Source: Hydrolagus affinis (taxonomy: Eukaryota). Taken from it: a stretch of 57,727 nt of DNA. The stretch spans positions 1 to 57,727 of the forward strand of contig JAAILG010002131.1 in the NCBI GenBank assembly GCA_012026655.1, written 5' to 3'. The notes beneath the pieces are model-generated. The model worked only from the letters and a program-made list of their open reading frames with translations, did no database searches and had not been told where the DNA came from. Positions 25,731 through 38,625 of the stretch are shown piece by piece. A program made the position numbers and the translations under genes. Each line of letters begins with the position of its first letter. Within the stretch, counting starts at the first letter, position 1.

Positions 25731-28700
25731 TTACATTGAAGAATTCTTCCATTTGGAAGCACGGGCAATAGGACAAGTGAATGAATTGAGTAACAGCCGA
25801 CTCTTAATGTTCTGTAGTCTGACAGTCACTGCGATGTGTAGGACTGAATGTACTGTATATGTAAACTTTTATCGAGTGCCAAGTATCAGTGGAAGTTAAA
25901 AACCTTAACAGCTACATATTGAGGAAGGGTGACAAGTCAGAACCGGACATCATTAGGCCGATCTGAACATTGGAAATCTAATGAGATGTACAAATAGAAG
26001 CAACAGGGAACAATACCTGTATGAAAATTACCTGATGAACTGCAGCCAACATGGCTTCAGAGAGTAGACCTTTCCAGATCAATCTCAGCATTTGTTTGAG
26101 AAATATCATTCCACACAGTCAGTGGGAGTCAGATGATATAAATATTAGGTCAAAATGTTGGGGGTGGGGGGTGGGGGAGGCGGTGTGGGGATGATATTAT
26201 AAGAGAATACCTCTGGGATCTGTGCCAAGAACGCTCTTGTTTTTAATGCACACGAGACAAAACGATGTTGGGAAATCAAACTGTGTTTACACACCTTGTG
26301 TGATCGCTGACAATTTAATCCAGGACGAGAGAAGCAATGGAGGAGAACCTGCGGAGAAAAGTTTCCAAAAGTGTTGAATCTTATCGTCCTTTATGGGATT
26401 GCCAAAATATGGTACAGATGAAATGTATAATTATAGAAATAAATATCTGAAAATGAGTAGGGAATGACATAAAACCATGATCACATTACGCATACACAGT
26501 ATTACAGAAAAGTTACATCAGAAACTAAATTAGACTTAAGGTTCCTATTTATCAACTTTGAGAGAGGTGTGAAAAAACAAGTGTTTTGCGGTGGTAATTT
26601 GACTGTGCAATCTAACCATCAGAAAACACACATTGCTTTAAAGAATAGCCATCCAGAGTCTGGAAAATGGGCCCTTTTCATTCTAAAAATGCTTTTAAAA
26701 CTAACATTTGAAACAAGATGTCAATAAGAGATCGACAAGACTTATATTTTGATTTGGGTGGAGGGATTAAGCTCATTGCCACAAAAAGCCGTTACAGCTG
26801 GATCCATTTCTCAAGCTAATAAATCTAGAAGTGAAAGTAGTGTGACAGTCACCCATCATTGGATTATTGTGTTGAAGTTTAACAGCCTTTTGTTTATTAT
26901 TAGCCACATATCGATGAGCATATCGGTGACACAGCTGTATACATTTTTAAGTGTCACAGAATTTTATTTTTGCAAAACAACATTCCAATACAATCCACAT
27001 CAGTGTATCCAAAGGAAGTCAGAACATTTGTTCGGCTTCATCTGCAGCTAACCAAAAGTCGATGCACACATTTTAGGTTTTTTTTTCGGTTTAAAAGGTC
27101 AACCAGGTCACAACTTGTTTTATATTATACAGTGCCGATATCCAACTACAATATTATTAGTTTATATCATATTTATCATTATTATATAATGATAATAATG
27201 ATAAATCAGTAAATCTTCATCACCGATCACACTTCAAAATCGTTAGGATCTTTTTGTTGGCAACACAACCAGAGAGTGATTATTATTAGAATATTATACA
27301 AAAGTGGGTTTAAAAAGAAAAAAGGGGGGTGGGCCACAAGCGGAAGAGACAAAAAGAAGCAATGCACGTAGAACATAACGTCAAAAGAATTTTCCAACTT
27401 TGTAAGAGACAGTCCAAGAGAAAGTAAAAGATCCAGAGATGAAAATCAGAATAAGCAGGAAAACACAAATTGGATTTTTCTCGCAAACCTGACTTGTGGG
27501 AGGTTCTGTGACGTTCTTTGCAGTTACTGGGAACAGTTCAGAGTGATCTGCGATGTTGGTACAGAGGTATATTGACGGTCGAATAAAGAAGCTATCGACA
27601 GCAATTCACAAAATGTGAGATGTGACAATTGTACAGGACAACTTTCTGTAAAAGTGGAACCAAAAGATCAGGGGATCAGATCTTGAAGATGTTGCTTTAT
27701 TTAGAGAATGTGCTTGACTTGTTAAAACCTTGCTGGAAATATATATTTTTTAAGGGGCAAGTTGATGTTTTTCTATCTTTTTTTTTGGTGGGTAGGGGGG
27801 GTAGCACAAATCCCACAGATGAGATTTAGCACAAAAGTCAAGTTCCCTCCATTCAACCCTCTGTGTCAGTTCATCCCTTACACAGCATCAGTGTGATTTC
27901 AATATCCCACGGTAGCCACCCTTATGGCATTGCAGATTCCCACTAAATTATGGGTACGTAATATAGGAACTCATGTGTTTGCTTCGTAGTGGCTTTAATA
28001 TCCCTCCCGAGTTCTTTTTCGTTGTTGTTCATATTCACAAACATTTCTATCACTGTTAGACAAAATATTAATTTTATTTTGCTAATCACAAATTTCAGAA
28101 ATGTGCGTATCTGTTCTTCCATATGCACAGCCCAATTATCGAATATCTTCAGTACGCAAGCTGCCGTGTTAACCTATTCTAGAGGACTAATGCACTTCCT
28201 AAATATTCCTATCCTTCCTGACATCTAAGGACACAGCACTCACAGTTGGCACTGACTCCTAGAAAATTTGCTTTAAGCAGTTGATGAGATTCGACAGGGT
28301 GTCTGATTGGAAACAGTAACATTACACTCTCTCACAGCTGCAATGAAAGGCATTAACAATAATTTTTTGTTCAAAATGGATATCGGTTTAAAGAATTAGA
28401 ATACAGAAAGTATCTGAATTAAGCAACCCACATTTTCTTGGGAGAATATTATCAAATGGTCAGAGATAATGAGAAAAGCTTTAATGAAATAAGAAAATAA
28501 GATAATGCACAAACACACACACACTATACATTTTGCAAAGTTTTTTTTTCCAAAAAAGGCTAGTTTTAAAATATAATTCCTTTCTGGGTTTTCAGATTTC
28601 TTTAGTTCATCTGATTACTAATTTAAACGTGCACATTTTGTATTAATAAATAGAATGTGTGGCTTAAATAAAACCGGAATCCATAATGTCACTATTCCTT

Positions 28701-31700
28701 GCTGTGGAATTTTGCAACAGATGTTTTTATGTTGTTACTACTTTGCTAAATATGTATGTCTAATCACCTCTGCGTAGTTAGTTGACTGTTAAAATGTGCC
28801 AAGTACAACTTTTCCCACATCAGTTATTTTCCTATTAAAATGTGCGTATTGAATTCTCGAGGGAAAGGAGTGATAACAGAAAAACATTGGACGCAAACTA
28901 CGTTAATCCAAGGCCTCACGATGATCCTCTATGTAGAGCTACACATCGCATTTGATGGCACCATTATAAGTAGCATTGTGTATTTTTTAAAGCATTACAA
29001 TTATTAGACCAATCTCAAAGTGTGCCATATTTCACCATTTTGATTCAGTATGAAGCCTTCAATCAAATTCATTCAATCAATCACTCAGATATAACACCTC
29101 GGTATATAATTGTTAAAGTAGATTTGTAGACACCAACGCATGTCAAGTGCTTTCCAAGTATATTCTACATATTACATTTTACATTCAATATGAACCTTTT
29201 GGTCGACAAGATGAATAGTGAAACGTTTAAATATTTATACAAGAGAAACCATGTCAAGTTCAACAAACTCCTTGGTTTATGAGACCAGTGAATGGATTTG
29301 TAGATTGGCTGCTTTTTGTCTTCATCTTTCCTGAACCATTTTTTGCTGTCGTTCCAGTAAAGCATCAATCTGATTGTTTTGACAGGAGAGCTACCACGAT
29401 TGCGATTTGCTCTGCCTTCAAATGTAAAATTGGTTACGCAGCTGTGAATATAAATTTTTTGGTAAGTTCTGAATAACACTCCTGATACATTCAGGCCTGC
29501 GCCTGAGATGATGAGTTTACCATTTAAAGAAATGCGATGTTTAACTGAGCTGTTTTTGTCATTTCAAATCCTAGTTCTTACAGATGTTGATTGTGCTGCA
29601 TTCTTGCCTCATGACACTATCACTATTGGGTCTATTACGCTTAAACTCTATCCATACAAGTAGTTTGAGGCCAACAGCCACAGATCTGTCGTTCAATTGT
29701 GAGCTACAGTCCGTCCTTGGACACAAACAAGCAGTTTACAGATAGATGTTTTATCCGTTCTTTGGGTTAGTGTAATATTGGCATCGTATCATTGTTTTAG
29801 TTTGAAATCTGGCAATAACAGCAGATGTCATTCGGGCAAATCGACAACAGTACCTGGCCTCCTAGAATATCTTGATTTACTCCCCACAACGTCACAATCT
29901 AATATTACTGTGAATAATAAACTAGGCTGAGGAGGTAACTATACCATTGGGTGCCAGCCATGTTAAGAATAAATTTTTCATCAGACATCTAAATTTGTGA
30001 TAGTGCAGATCTCAGTTCCCAGAGTATGCAGCAGTCTTAAATACTCAATGTTATTAGATGATAATTACAGCTCTATCTCTGGAGGCATATTGATTTACTC
30101 AGAATGTTTCTTTTGGGGAGAAAATCCCTCATTCTCACGTAAGTTTGTTCAAACACTCTGTGTAGAGCTATCCTTGTACTTGGCATAGCCCCGTTCATGT
30201 CAGGAGGGCATCGCAAAGTGCTTCACAGCATATTACTGTAAACTGTAGTTACTGTGTGGTGCAGGTGAACACATTGCAATGGCCCACAAACCTTCATCGA
30301 GTGAATGAGCGATTTTATTTATGCTCCAGGCTTTCTAACCTGTTTATAATCGAGTATACTCCATCACCAGGACTCCCAATCTAGGTAACAATACCTTATG
30401 TAGCATCTTTCACGTAGAAGGAATGTCTTGAAGCATATGACAGATACATCCTGAGACAGAATAGGTAAAGGAGACATTGAAGGATATTGACCAAAGGCAG
30501 GGAATTGTATTTGAGAGGGTTTTAAAGACAGGCTTTTAAAGCACGGCACGGAAGCGAGTCCGCTTAAAGAACAGTAATCTAGGATGTTGTTTGGTTATCA
30601 CAGGACAGCTCAGTATTCACACTATTACCCTCAATTAAGTTCTGTATTGGAATCAATGAAATTGTTGTGTTATTGTGTTTGCGATATTCCTAAACTAAGC
30701 AAATATCAGACTGGCATTGCTTGCTGGTTGGCCACCTTTCAGAAATGGACGGATTAGGATTTAATGTCGGCTAAATCTTGCTTTGATATCCCTAATCAAT
30801 TATTTGCAAAGCAGTAGTTTAATTAGCTCATCAAATCTGGTTTGTCGATATTGCGTTTTAAACCCCAAAACAGATTTTGTGATACAGTAATTGGGACTGA
30901 ACGTCTAACCCAGTAAGGTGTGCAATAAAGCACAACAAAGCAGGAAACACATAAAAAAGTCACATGCAACTACATCTACCTTGGATCACGTTATTCCCTC
31001 CAAACGCTCAACCAATAACTCTTTCTGATGAGATTAAATACTTTCAATGTATTGATACTTTCAACATCCTTAGGTCTTGTACTTGGCACTAGCTGTGAAC
31101 TAGCTGATGCATTTTTTTCTCTCCTTTGCCCTCGTTTATTCACCAAGGAAACTAGCTCAGGAGTACGCCACTCCTCAGGTACCACACGTTGACCCAGCTG
31201 GCAATCTCATCCCAAGATTTTCTGGGAATGGGATTGGGAAGAGGGGCAGAAAGTACACGAAAGTCAAAGCGCGGTCAGTTTTGGTTTAAAAAGAGCTCGG
31301 GAGACCTGTATTGCTGCTCCCATCTGTTTGTATAAACTTTCCCTTGTACAGTAAATAATGATGTTAAAGTCCAACCAGATGATAACAGGAAATGTGGCTA
31401 GAATAGTTGTTGTAGAAGATGCTTATTTGTAGGATAATATCTGTAGGAATGAGCAATTTCATCAAACAGACTTTCAGCTTGTCTGGGCTGCGTTAGGTTG
31501 GATAATAATAATAATAAATAAAAATAATAACAATTTATTTAGGGATTGCTGTTCCCATATGAAAGGTGATTCTCTGTTTGGAATTATTTGCAATGTTCTC
31601 TCACTGCATGCAGGCAGATTATTGTAAACTTTATCGATTATTCGATATGACAGAGCCACAATCAGAATATTCAGGTCTTGGTGTATCCCTCTTTCAGCCT

Positions 31701-32338
31701 TTCCATTGAGCTCTGCAACACGGCTGGATTGGAAAGCCAATTTCAGTCAAATAATTTCAACTTAACGCTATTAGGTTATACAAACTAGATGCCCTTGCTT
31801 AATGGTCGGGCATTAATCTCAGTTGGAAAAGGAAAGAACCGTGTAATAAACCTCCCCACATTCGGTAGGAAAAGGTCATTATCTGCTTTTAAAAAGATGG
31901 TTTTGTGCGTTCCTTTGTCTCCCCGGCTACTCTGGAAAATACAAGGAATTTTCATTGCAGGCACTCCACACACCTGCTGCGTGTTTTCTATTAGCAGGAA
32001 TGAAACACAACACCTGCTCCCTCCATTACGAAACCTACACGTGCCACTGAAACAATGTTGATTTAGTATCTGGTCTACCACTGATGTAAACATGTCACAG
32101 AGGAATGAACAACAATCTGAATGGATTATAGGCCCTGTCAGCGCCTTATACAGCAATCACTTAGCACTTCATCACATGGCCCAGCTTTCCAAATTAGATC
32201 TTCTATTTAAATGTCGCGGATAAACAATAATGTTTCATACCAGTTGGGGGGGTTTGGTTGACCACGGGTTAAAAACAGAATCTGTAAATGTTTGAAAAGC
32301 TTAGTTTAATGCAGAGCCAGTTTTGTGTGGGGCATTGG

Positions 32339-32700
32339 TGGAGCTCCTGTAGCTCAGTGGTTAGATCCACTCACTCACTCACTCACTCACTCACTCGCCT
32401 TACAAGCAAGAGACCTGTGTTCGAATCCAGGCAGGTCAGGGTGAAACCTTGGGCAAGTTTCCTTACTCCACACGTCTAATGATAATTCCTCCCCAAAAAC
32501 CCACAATAATAAAATTGGTCAATTCAACCCACGGGGGTTTGTGGGGGGACGACGATGACGCTGCTGTGTGCAATTGACTGCTGCGTTTCGCCCACAAATA
32601 TATAGAGTCAATTCACTTTACAGTATATTCCGTGAAGCGCTTTGAGACTCTAGGAGACGTGAAAAGCGTTATATCAAATGCAAAGAATATTATTAATTAT
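32339..32700 (+). mobile_element. Full-length tRNA-derived SINE
   Basis: A box tagctcagtgg, internal (CACT)n, B box gttcgaatc, family body and tail. Confidence 0.9.
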
Positions 32701-33099
32701 TTGGTGAGCGGTTGAACACAACAAATAAAATTACATTTATGGAGCGCCTTTCACATCGGGAGGATATCTCAGGCGCTGAAATAGACATCATTTCCTTATC
32801 CCAATACAGTATCCATGACAATCTCCCAGGAAATCTTGCCTGCTTTGATCCCTCAATTCCTCGTGTGTTAATAATCTAGTCTGGTAATTATCTGACTACA
32901 GTACTTCACAAGAGGCATGTGTGAAATAGGCTTCAGCAGTTTCCAATCAGCAGGCCCAAAGCACAAACGTACAAAGATTTACAAAGAATGTACAGCACCT
33001 CACAAATCCGTGCCAGTGTTTACACTCCACACAGGTCTCCAGTCACTCCCATGCCCTTGGATTACACGCTCCCACATGTCAAAGTCTAGGGTCCTCGAG

Positions 33100-33491
33100 T
33101 AATAATAATAATAATAATAGCAATCCTGGCATTTGATATCGCGGCTTTTCACATCTTATCAACGTCCCAAAGTGCTTCACAGAATAGTCTAAAGTGAATT
33201 GACTGTATATATATTTTGTGGACGAATCGCGGCAGCCAATTGCGCACAGCAGCGTCCGTTCCCCCTCCACACACACAAACAGTCGTGGATTGAAAATGAC
33301 CAATTTTATTATTGTGGGTGTTTTTGGAGGGATTATTATTAGGTGCGCGCGTGTGTGTGTGTGTGTGTGTGTGGAGTAAGGAAACTTGCCCAAGGTTTCG
33401 CCCTGACCTGCCTGGATTCGAACACAAGTCTCTCGCTTGTAAGGCGAGTGAGTGAGTGAGTGGCTCTAACCACTGAGCTACAGGAGCTCCA
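33100..33491 (-). mobile_element. Full-length tRNA-derived SINE, inverted relative to the 32339 copy
   Basis: Reverse complement shows the same head with (CACT)n, body with internal (CA)n, and a (TTA)n tail. Confidence 0.9.
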
Positions 33492-35205
33492 CCAATGCCC
33501 CACACAAGACTGGATCTGCATTAAACTAAGCTTTTCATACTTCACCCAAATCTTCTGGAATAAGGACCATTGCACAAACTTCCATGGACGATGTCAAGAG
33601 AAACAGTTCCAATTTGACAACCAAATAAGAGATTGCTGTAATTAAAGCCGCGATAACAAGCAATGTTCCTATCGCTTCCATAAACTTACACAAGATTGGC
33701 AGCAAGAATAATGCCCAATAATTGGCAAGGCTGGTATTAGTCTCTTGTTGTGAAAAGCTTCTTCGCGGTAGTTTTACGAGACAAGCCGTTTAAGATGTGG
33801 AATGAGAACCTGAACTCTTACGCTATCTGGGTATTTAAGTTTCTGTCCCTGATCTTCATTTGGATGATGGTTTGCTGAACAATCAGGAAGCTTTTGAATA
33901 CAGTAAAACATCTTAAGGTTGCACAGGCTCCGTTTCTTCACCATATCTTATATTCCAATCATATTCTATGATAATCCTGTCTGTGGACTAACCCTTTCAA
34001 CAGACAGTGGGATAAGGAGCAAATTCACAGAATCTGCACATCAATGTTTCAGGCAGTCTGTACCAAACTCTAGCTGTCTTCATGTGCTCAGGGCCTGCAT
34101 TTCATCAATTTTAGAAATTTTCTCTTTATATATGAAAAAAAAAGGATTAGTTCTCGCTTGTCACTGGAGACCCCCAACCTAATAATAAACACAATGCTCA
34201 TCTTTGATAGAATTGTAAATGGTTTTTAGAGGCCAGTTTGTTTTCAGAAGGTTGCATACGATACAGGCCATCAATGCAAAAAAACAAAAAAGATGGCAAA
34301 TTCTGATTTTTAAAAAAAAAATCTATTTGAATCTACATTAAGCAAATAAAAGGTCAAATAATTCACAAAACATGCTGGAACCTTGTCAGCGGGAGAGGGC
34401 TGCAGCTGGATGTTTATACAGCATTTGTGGGAAGGTTAAAATAAATATTGCAACTTTTCCAATCCACTCTGAATTTTGTTGCTGCCAGATGTCTCTAGCT
34501 CGCTTTCCCTCTCTCTCTCTCTCTTTTTGTTCTTTTGGGGATGATTTAAAAGTTGTGCGATTTTACGCAATTGCTTTGTACGATAAGTTTTGATGGAGCA
34601 TAATCCTAAACAACAAATGTAGAACAGATCACGCTGCATAAATGTATTTATTTAATTAACAGTGATGTACATAAATTGGGATCTGCTATTTTTTTTTGGT
34701 GGGGGTGGAAAAAACTTGTTTGGGTCAGTTAAGTAGTAACAGATATTGAATAACGCTGGATGAAATAGATGAACATTTGCTGTGAAAATAAACCGAACCC
34801 GATGCACACAAAAGCTCTAGACTAGAGGAAGAAGCAGCGAGAATTTCACAAGCTTTATTCTCATTTTAATCAACGTGAAAAAGATTTAATGATGAAATTG
34901 TAAACTGGAAATCCGACATGTGCCAAGGGGTCTACGGGAGGCAAATTCAACTTACTTCTATTCACTGATTGGGGAATCGCTTTGATTGTCTGTAATCATT
35001 TTTGCATGTGTAAATCTGCAGCAGAGATGAAATAGTGCAATAACTATTTGTACAAGTATTAAAGTGAGAGAAATCCTTGCGCAATGCAATGGGAAGGATG
35101 TAGTGCAAAGGGGCAGTTTAACAATAACCAAAAACTCTCAGCGCAAAGCAACACATCAGCAATAACAAGAAAAAATAATTTTCAGAAAAGATATTAACTG
35201 CATTT

Positions 35206-35533
35206 AATAATAATAATAATCCTTGTATTTGATATAGCAGCTTTTCACGTTCTCTAGACATCTCAATAGAGCTTTACAGAATATACTGTAAAGTGAATTG
35301 ACTGTATATATATTTGTGGGCGAAACGTGGCAGCCAATTGCGCACAGCAGCGTCCCCCCCACAAACAGTCGTGGATTGAAATGACCAATTTCTTATTGTA
35401 TTTTTTTCTCTTGGGGGAATTAATATCAGGCACCTGGAGGAAGGAAATGTGCCCAAGGTTTTGCTCTATCTGGAATCGAACCCCGGTCCTTCACTTGCAA
35501 GGCGAATGCTCTAACCACTGAGCTACGGGACTC
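35206..35533 (-). mobile_element. Full-length tRNA-derived SINE
   Basis: Head gtagctcagtggttagagcattcgccttgcaag..ggttcgattcc, followed by family body and (TTA)n tail. Confidence 0.9.
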
Positions 35534-36110
35534 CAAATTATACAGGGAATACAGCACAATCAAACTGAAGTTGCCACAGGTTAGTAGTATCACACAAGTT
35601 AGCAGTAAATGACCTGAAAAGGCATGGGCTGACTATCAGAAAGCTGAGCTCGTACATCACCTTACAAACAGGAATCAACAAGCAGGACAAACGACTGTAC
35701 TATTACCCAATAATAGTGATTCATTCACAAAAAAGGGTTGAAAAGGCATAGAGTGAGGGGGATCTCCGCAGTGGAATGCAAACCTAAATTCAGAGAGAAA
35801 GTTTCAAGCACAGAGTTCAAATAGAAAATAACTTATTAGTTCGGTAACACACATACGTAGGTTGCAATTGGTAAACTAGAATAGTAACAGATGTCTTAGT
35901 GGGGTGAGTGATTAAATTCTACTGCATTCGCCAATGTGGCTGTATAATAGCCTAACCAACATGTTGGGATACCATCACGATGTTTAATAAGACTTCAGTA
36001 AATGATGATATTTGAGGGTTTTTTGTTTTAGATGGGACGGCATCACGACAACGTTTTTCGTCAGTGGTTAGAACTACTGTACCTGTATTGTAAACAGTAA
36101 ACACAGCCTG

Positions 36111-36210
36111 NNNNNNNNNNNNNNNNNNNNNNNNNNNNNNNNNNNNNNNNNNNNNNNNNNNNNNNNNNNNNNNNNNNNNNNNNNNNNNNNNNNNNNNNNN
36201 NNNNNNNNNN
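36111..36210. other. Assembly gap (100 N) in or near the PMS1 3' UTR
   Basis: Run of N. Confidence 0.99.
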
Positions 36211-36390
36211 ATTTTTCCAAACCAAACAATATTATGAACGAGGAGAGGATACCGTTCACAAACACTCCGGCATTTCCACGCGTTTAGGCTTCTCGCTGAC
36301 GACTCAAACGTTTCAGAGATTGGCCCTCGTCGATATAGCTTCCCGGCTGCGACGATCGGCGTGGGTTCAGTTCCCCCGGGTTGCGTGAGC

Positions 36391-36558
36391 TCACGACTCC
36401 GGCTCTGGTAAATCCGCTAAATGTTGTGTAAACGGGAGTCCGTGGATACACGTACTACATTCTTTTTCCAGCTGCTGTTGCATCCTGAAGACCATGTCCT
36501 CGATGTCTTCTCGAGAGAGTTGCAGGGGTAGCTGTCGAACCAGACGGACAGCCTCTCC
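36391..36558 (-). CDS. PMS1: PMS1 last coding exon (exon 13 equivalent)
   Basis: acatag|GGA, 168 nt to TGA. GEAVRLVRQLPLQLSREDIEDMVFRMQQQLEKECSTCIHGLPFTQHLADLPEPES*. Absent from the ORF track. Confidence 0.94.
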   Translation of the reverse strand, partial: GEAVRLVRQLPLQLSREDIEDMVFRMQQQLEKECSTCIHGLPFTQHLADLPEPES

Positions 36559-36606
36559 CTATGTGCAAAGATGACACAACCCTTTTAGTAAGTCAAATCT
36601 TAAGTT

Positions 36607-36813
36607 TATAATCCTTGCATTTAACATAGCGGCTTTTCACATCTTATCGACGTCCCAAAGCGCTTCACGGAATATACCGTAAAGTGAATTGGCTGTATAT
36701 ATTTGTGGGTGAAACGCGGCAGCCAATCGCGCACAGCAGCGTCCCCCCCACAAACAGTCGTGGGTTGAAAATGACCAATTTTTATTATTGTGGTTTTTTT
36801 GGAGGGATTATTA
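36607..36813 (-). mobile_element. Partial SINE (3' half) in the last PMS1 intron
   Basis: atccttgcattt..gtcccaaagcgcttcac..cgcggcagccaatcgcgcacagc..gaccaattttattatt. Confidence 0.85.
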
Positions 36814-38551
36814 GTTAAAACAACTTCTGTACTTCTCTCTATTCAGTCACTTCACCATCTGCCCTGAACATCCACCAAACAAAACCTCAAACCGACTTTC
36901 CACAAAAACCCAACTCTGTTCAGTGACCGGTGGCCGTGTTTATTTACAGCCCGTGAGTTGCTAAGACTCCCTTTTTCAGCGGCAAGTTCTGAGTGAATAC
37001 AGTACAAGTGAACGGTTTATCTGGTTCTGTCGTCCCTCTCGACCATTTACCAACTCCGCGCTGAGCTGCCCACGGCTTCCCGCCTCATCGGTGAGATCGT
37101 TTCTTCGAACGTTTGCCAATATTCAGGAAAAATGCTTTTTTAAGATGCATCAGAGGAGACGCAAAGGTAACTTGGAAAGCCCGTGAGGAGTGATTTTTGA
37201 AAGCTGACCCACGGTCTCTATCTGACTTGTGAACGGTTGAGTTTGGTGGCAGGTAATAACCGATGGGGAGGGGTTTATTGTGGATCGAGGGAATCTCTAA
37301 GGCATTCACATTAGAATTTGATTTGCAAATGTGAGAAAGTGCAGTCTGAGAAGTGTAGGAACGATTCTGCAGTTTACTTTTGTCTGTGCGTAAATAAACC
37401 AGAATATCCTGCTTTGTAATATAACCACCTATTTGATGTTGGCATTCACTGACAAATTAATTAGTAAATTTACTAAACCTACCTACAGGTTAATTTATGA
37501 GTTTGGATGTACAGTACACAGTATTTTCTTAAATGCATACAGTATACACTTAGAATTTCTACGCACATCAATGAATCCTAACTCAGAGGCTACCGTTACA
37601 TAGAGGTTCAGTCCCAAGTACAGTCGTTGCTGAAAACGGGTTGACTATATATTCTATCGAGAGCTACTCTGTATTACCTTTGGACACAAAGCCTGGAGAA
37701 CGCAGGCAATTGGCTGCCAGGTTTCTGCCATAGCAATGGGAGCGCTGTAACAGTTCACTAAAAGGGAGTTTGAAGCAGCCCAGGGCAAGTCTGGCTCTAA
37801 ATTGACTTTGTTGAAGGGAAGCAGCATTCCACGTGACGGGGAAGAAAACAAGAAGTATAATCGTGAACATGCACGTTTACCATTCGATAGCAAAGCCTGG
37901 AGATCAACCGGCCATTGAACTGTGACAATCTGACCCAACGCTGCGAGAATCACCAAACCTCTTCCCTCGCCACGTCTGACATATATACACAGAGGACAAG
38001 GACATCGACCAATTGATGGATGTACTCTCTTAGCTTCGTTCATTTCATTTTATCTCAACAGCAGCTCAATTACAGAAATAGGAAGGTTTGCACTCGGGCT
38101 AGGAGCCCTCTGCTCTTTGCCCCCTGGATTCTGGCTCTGTGATTGGCAGGAACACGGGAGGGCAAGGAGCATAGGTCAGGAGCGCGAGTACACAAAGCAG
38201 GCATTCCTCAAGTTGACCCCAGTTGTGAAAACTTGAGCATCTTCAGGGTCGGAAGGTGCCAGATTACACAGGAGGGACGCGAGCTCCCAAATACTATCAC
38301 TAGAGAAACATAACTAGGAATTTCTAAGGAAAGCAAATGAGCATTCGCACTACAGTATCAATGCGTCAGATGGCATCAGGATGGAGGAGGAGGGGGGGGG
38401 TTTACATCTGAGGCCCACAGAGGTACGTTTAATACTGGGGCTCATATCACGTCCCACCCCCCTCCTCTCACTTCATCAAATCCCCATTTACCATTTCTGT
38501 AATTTATCTGAATTATTGACTTTTCACCTTTACATAATTGTTTTGCAACAG

Positions 38552-38552
38552 C

Positions 38553-38603
<51 letters not shown>

Positions 38604-38625
38604 GTCTGTCTGTCTGTCTGTCTGT
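38552..38625. repeat. (CTGT)n microsatellite
   Basis: Directly visible. Confidence 0.95.

Noticed and set aside
32288-33575. Two near-identical short ORFs (..KLSLMQ..VGHWWSSCSSVVR..KPWASFLTPH), with a related one at 45238
   Set aside because: Translations of SINE heads, not a peptide gene family. The underlying DNA duplication is reported as a finding.
35460-35533. tRNA-Ala(TGC)-like sequence on the - strand
   Set aside because: No closing acceptor stem; it runs straight into the SINE body. It is a SINE head, as are the similar sequences at 13364, 32339, 33491, 43786 and 51812.
36300-36350. Hammerhead- or SECIS-like text (cgacgag..tgaaacg) in the PMS1 3' UTR
   Set aside because: The core is TCGACGA rather than CTGANGA and there is no ATGA..AA..GA SECIS layout. 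The TGA sits at the normal PMS1 C-terminus.
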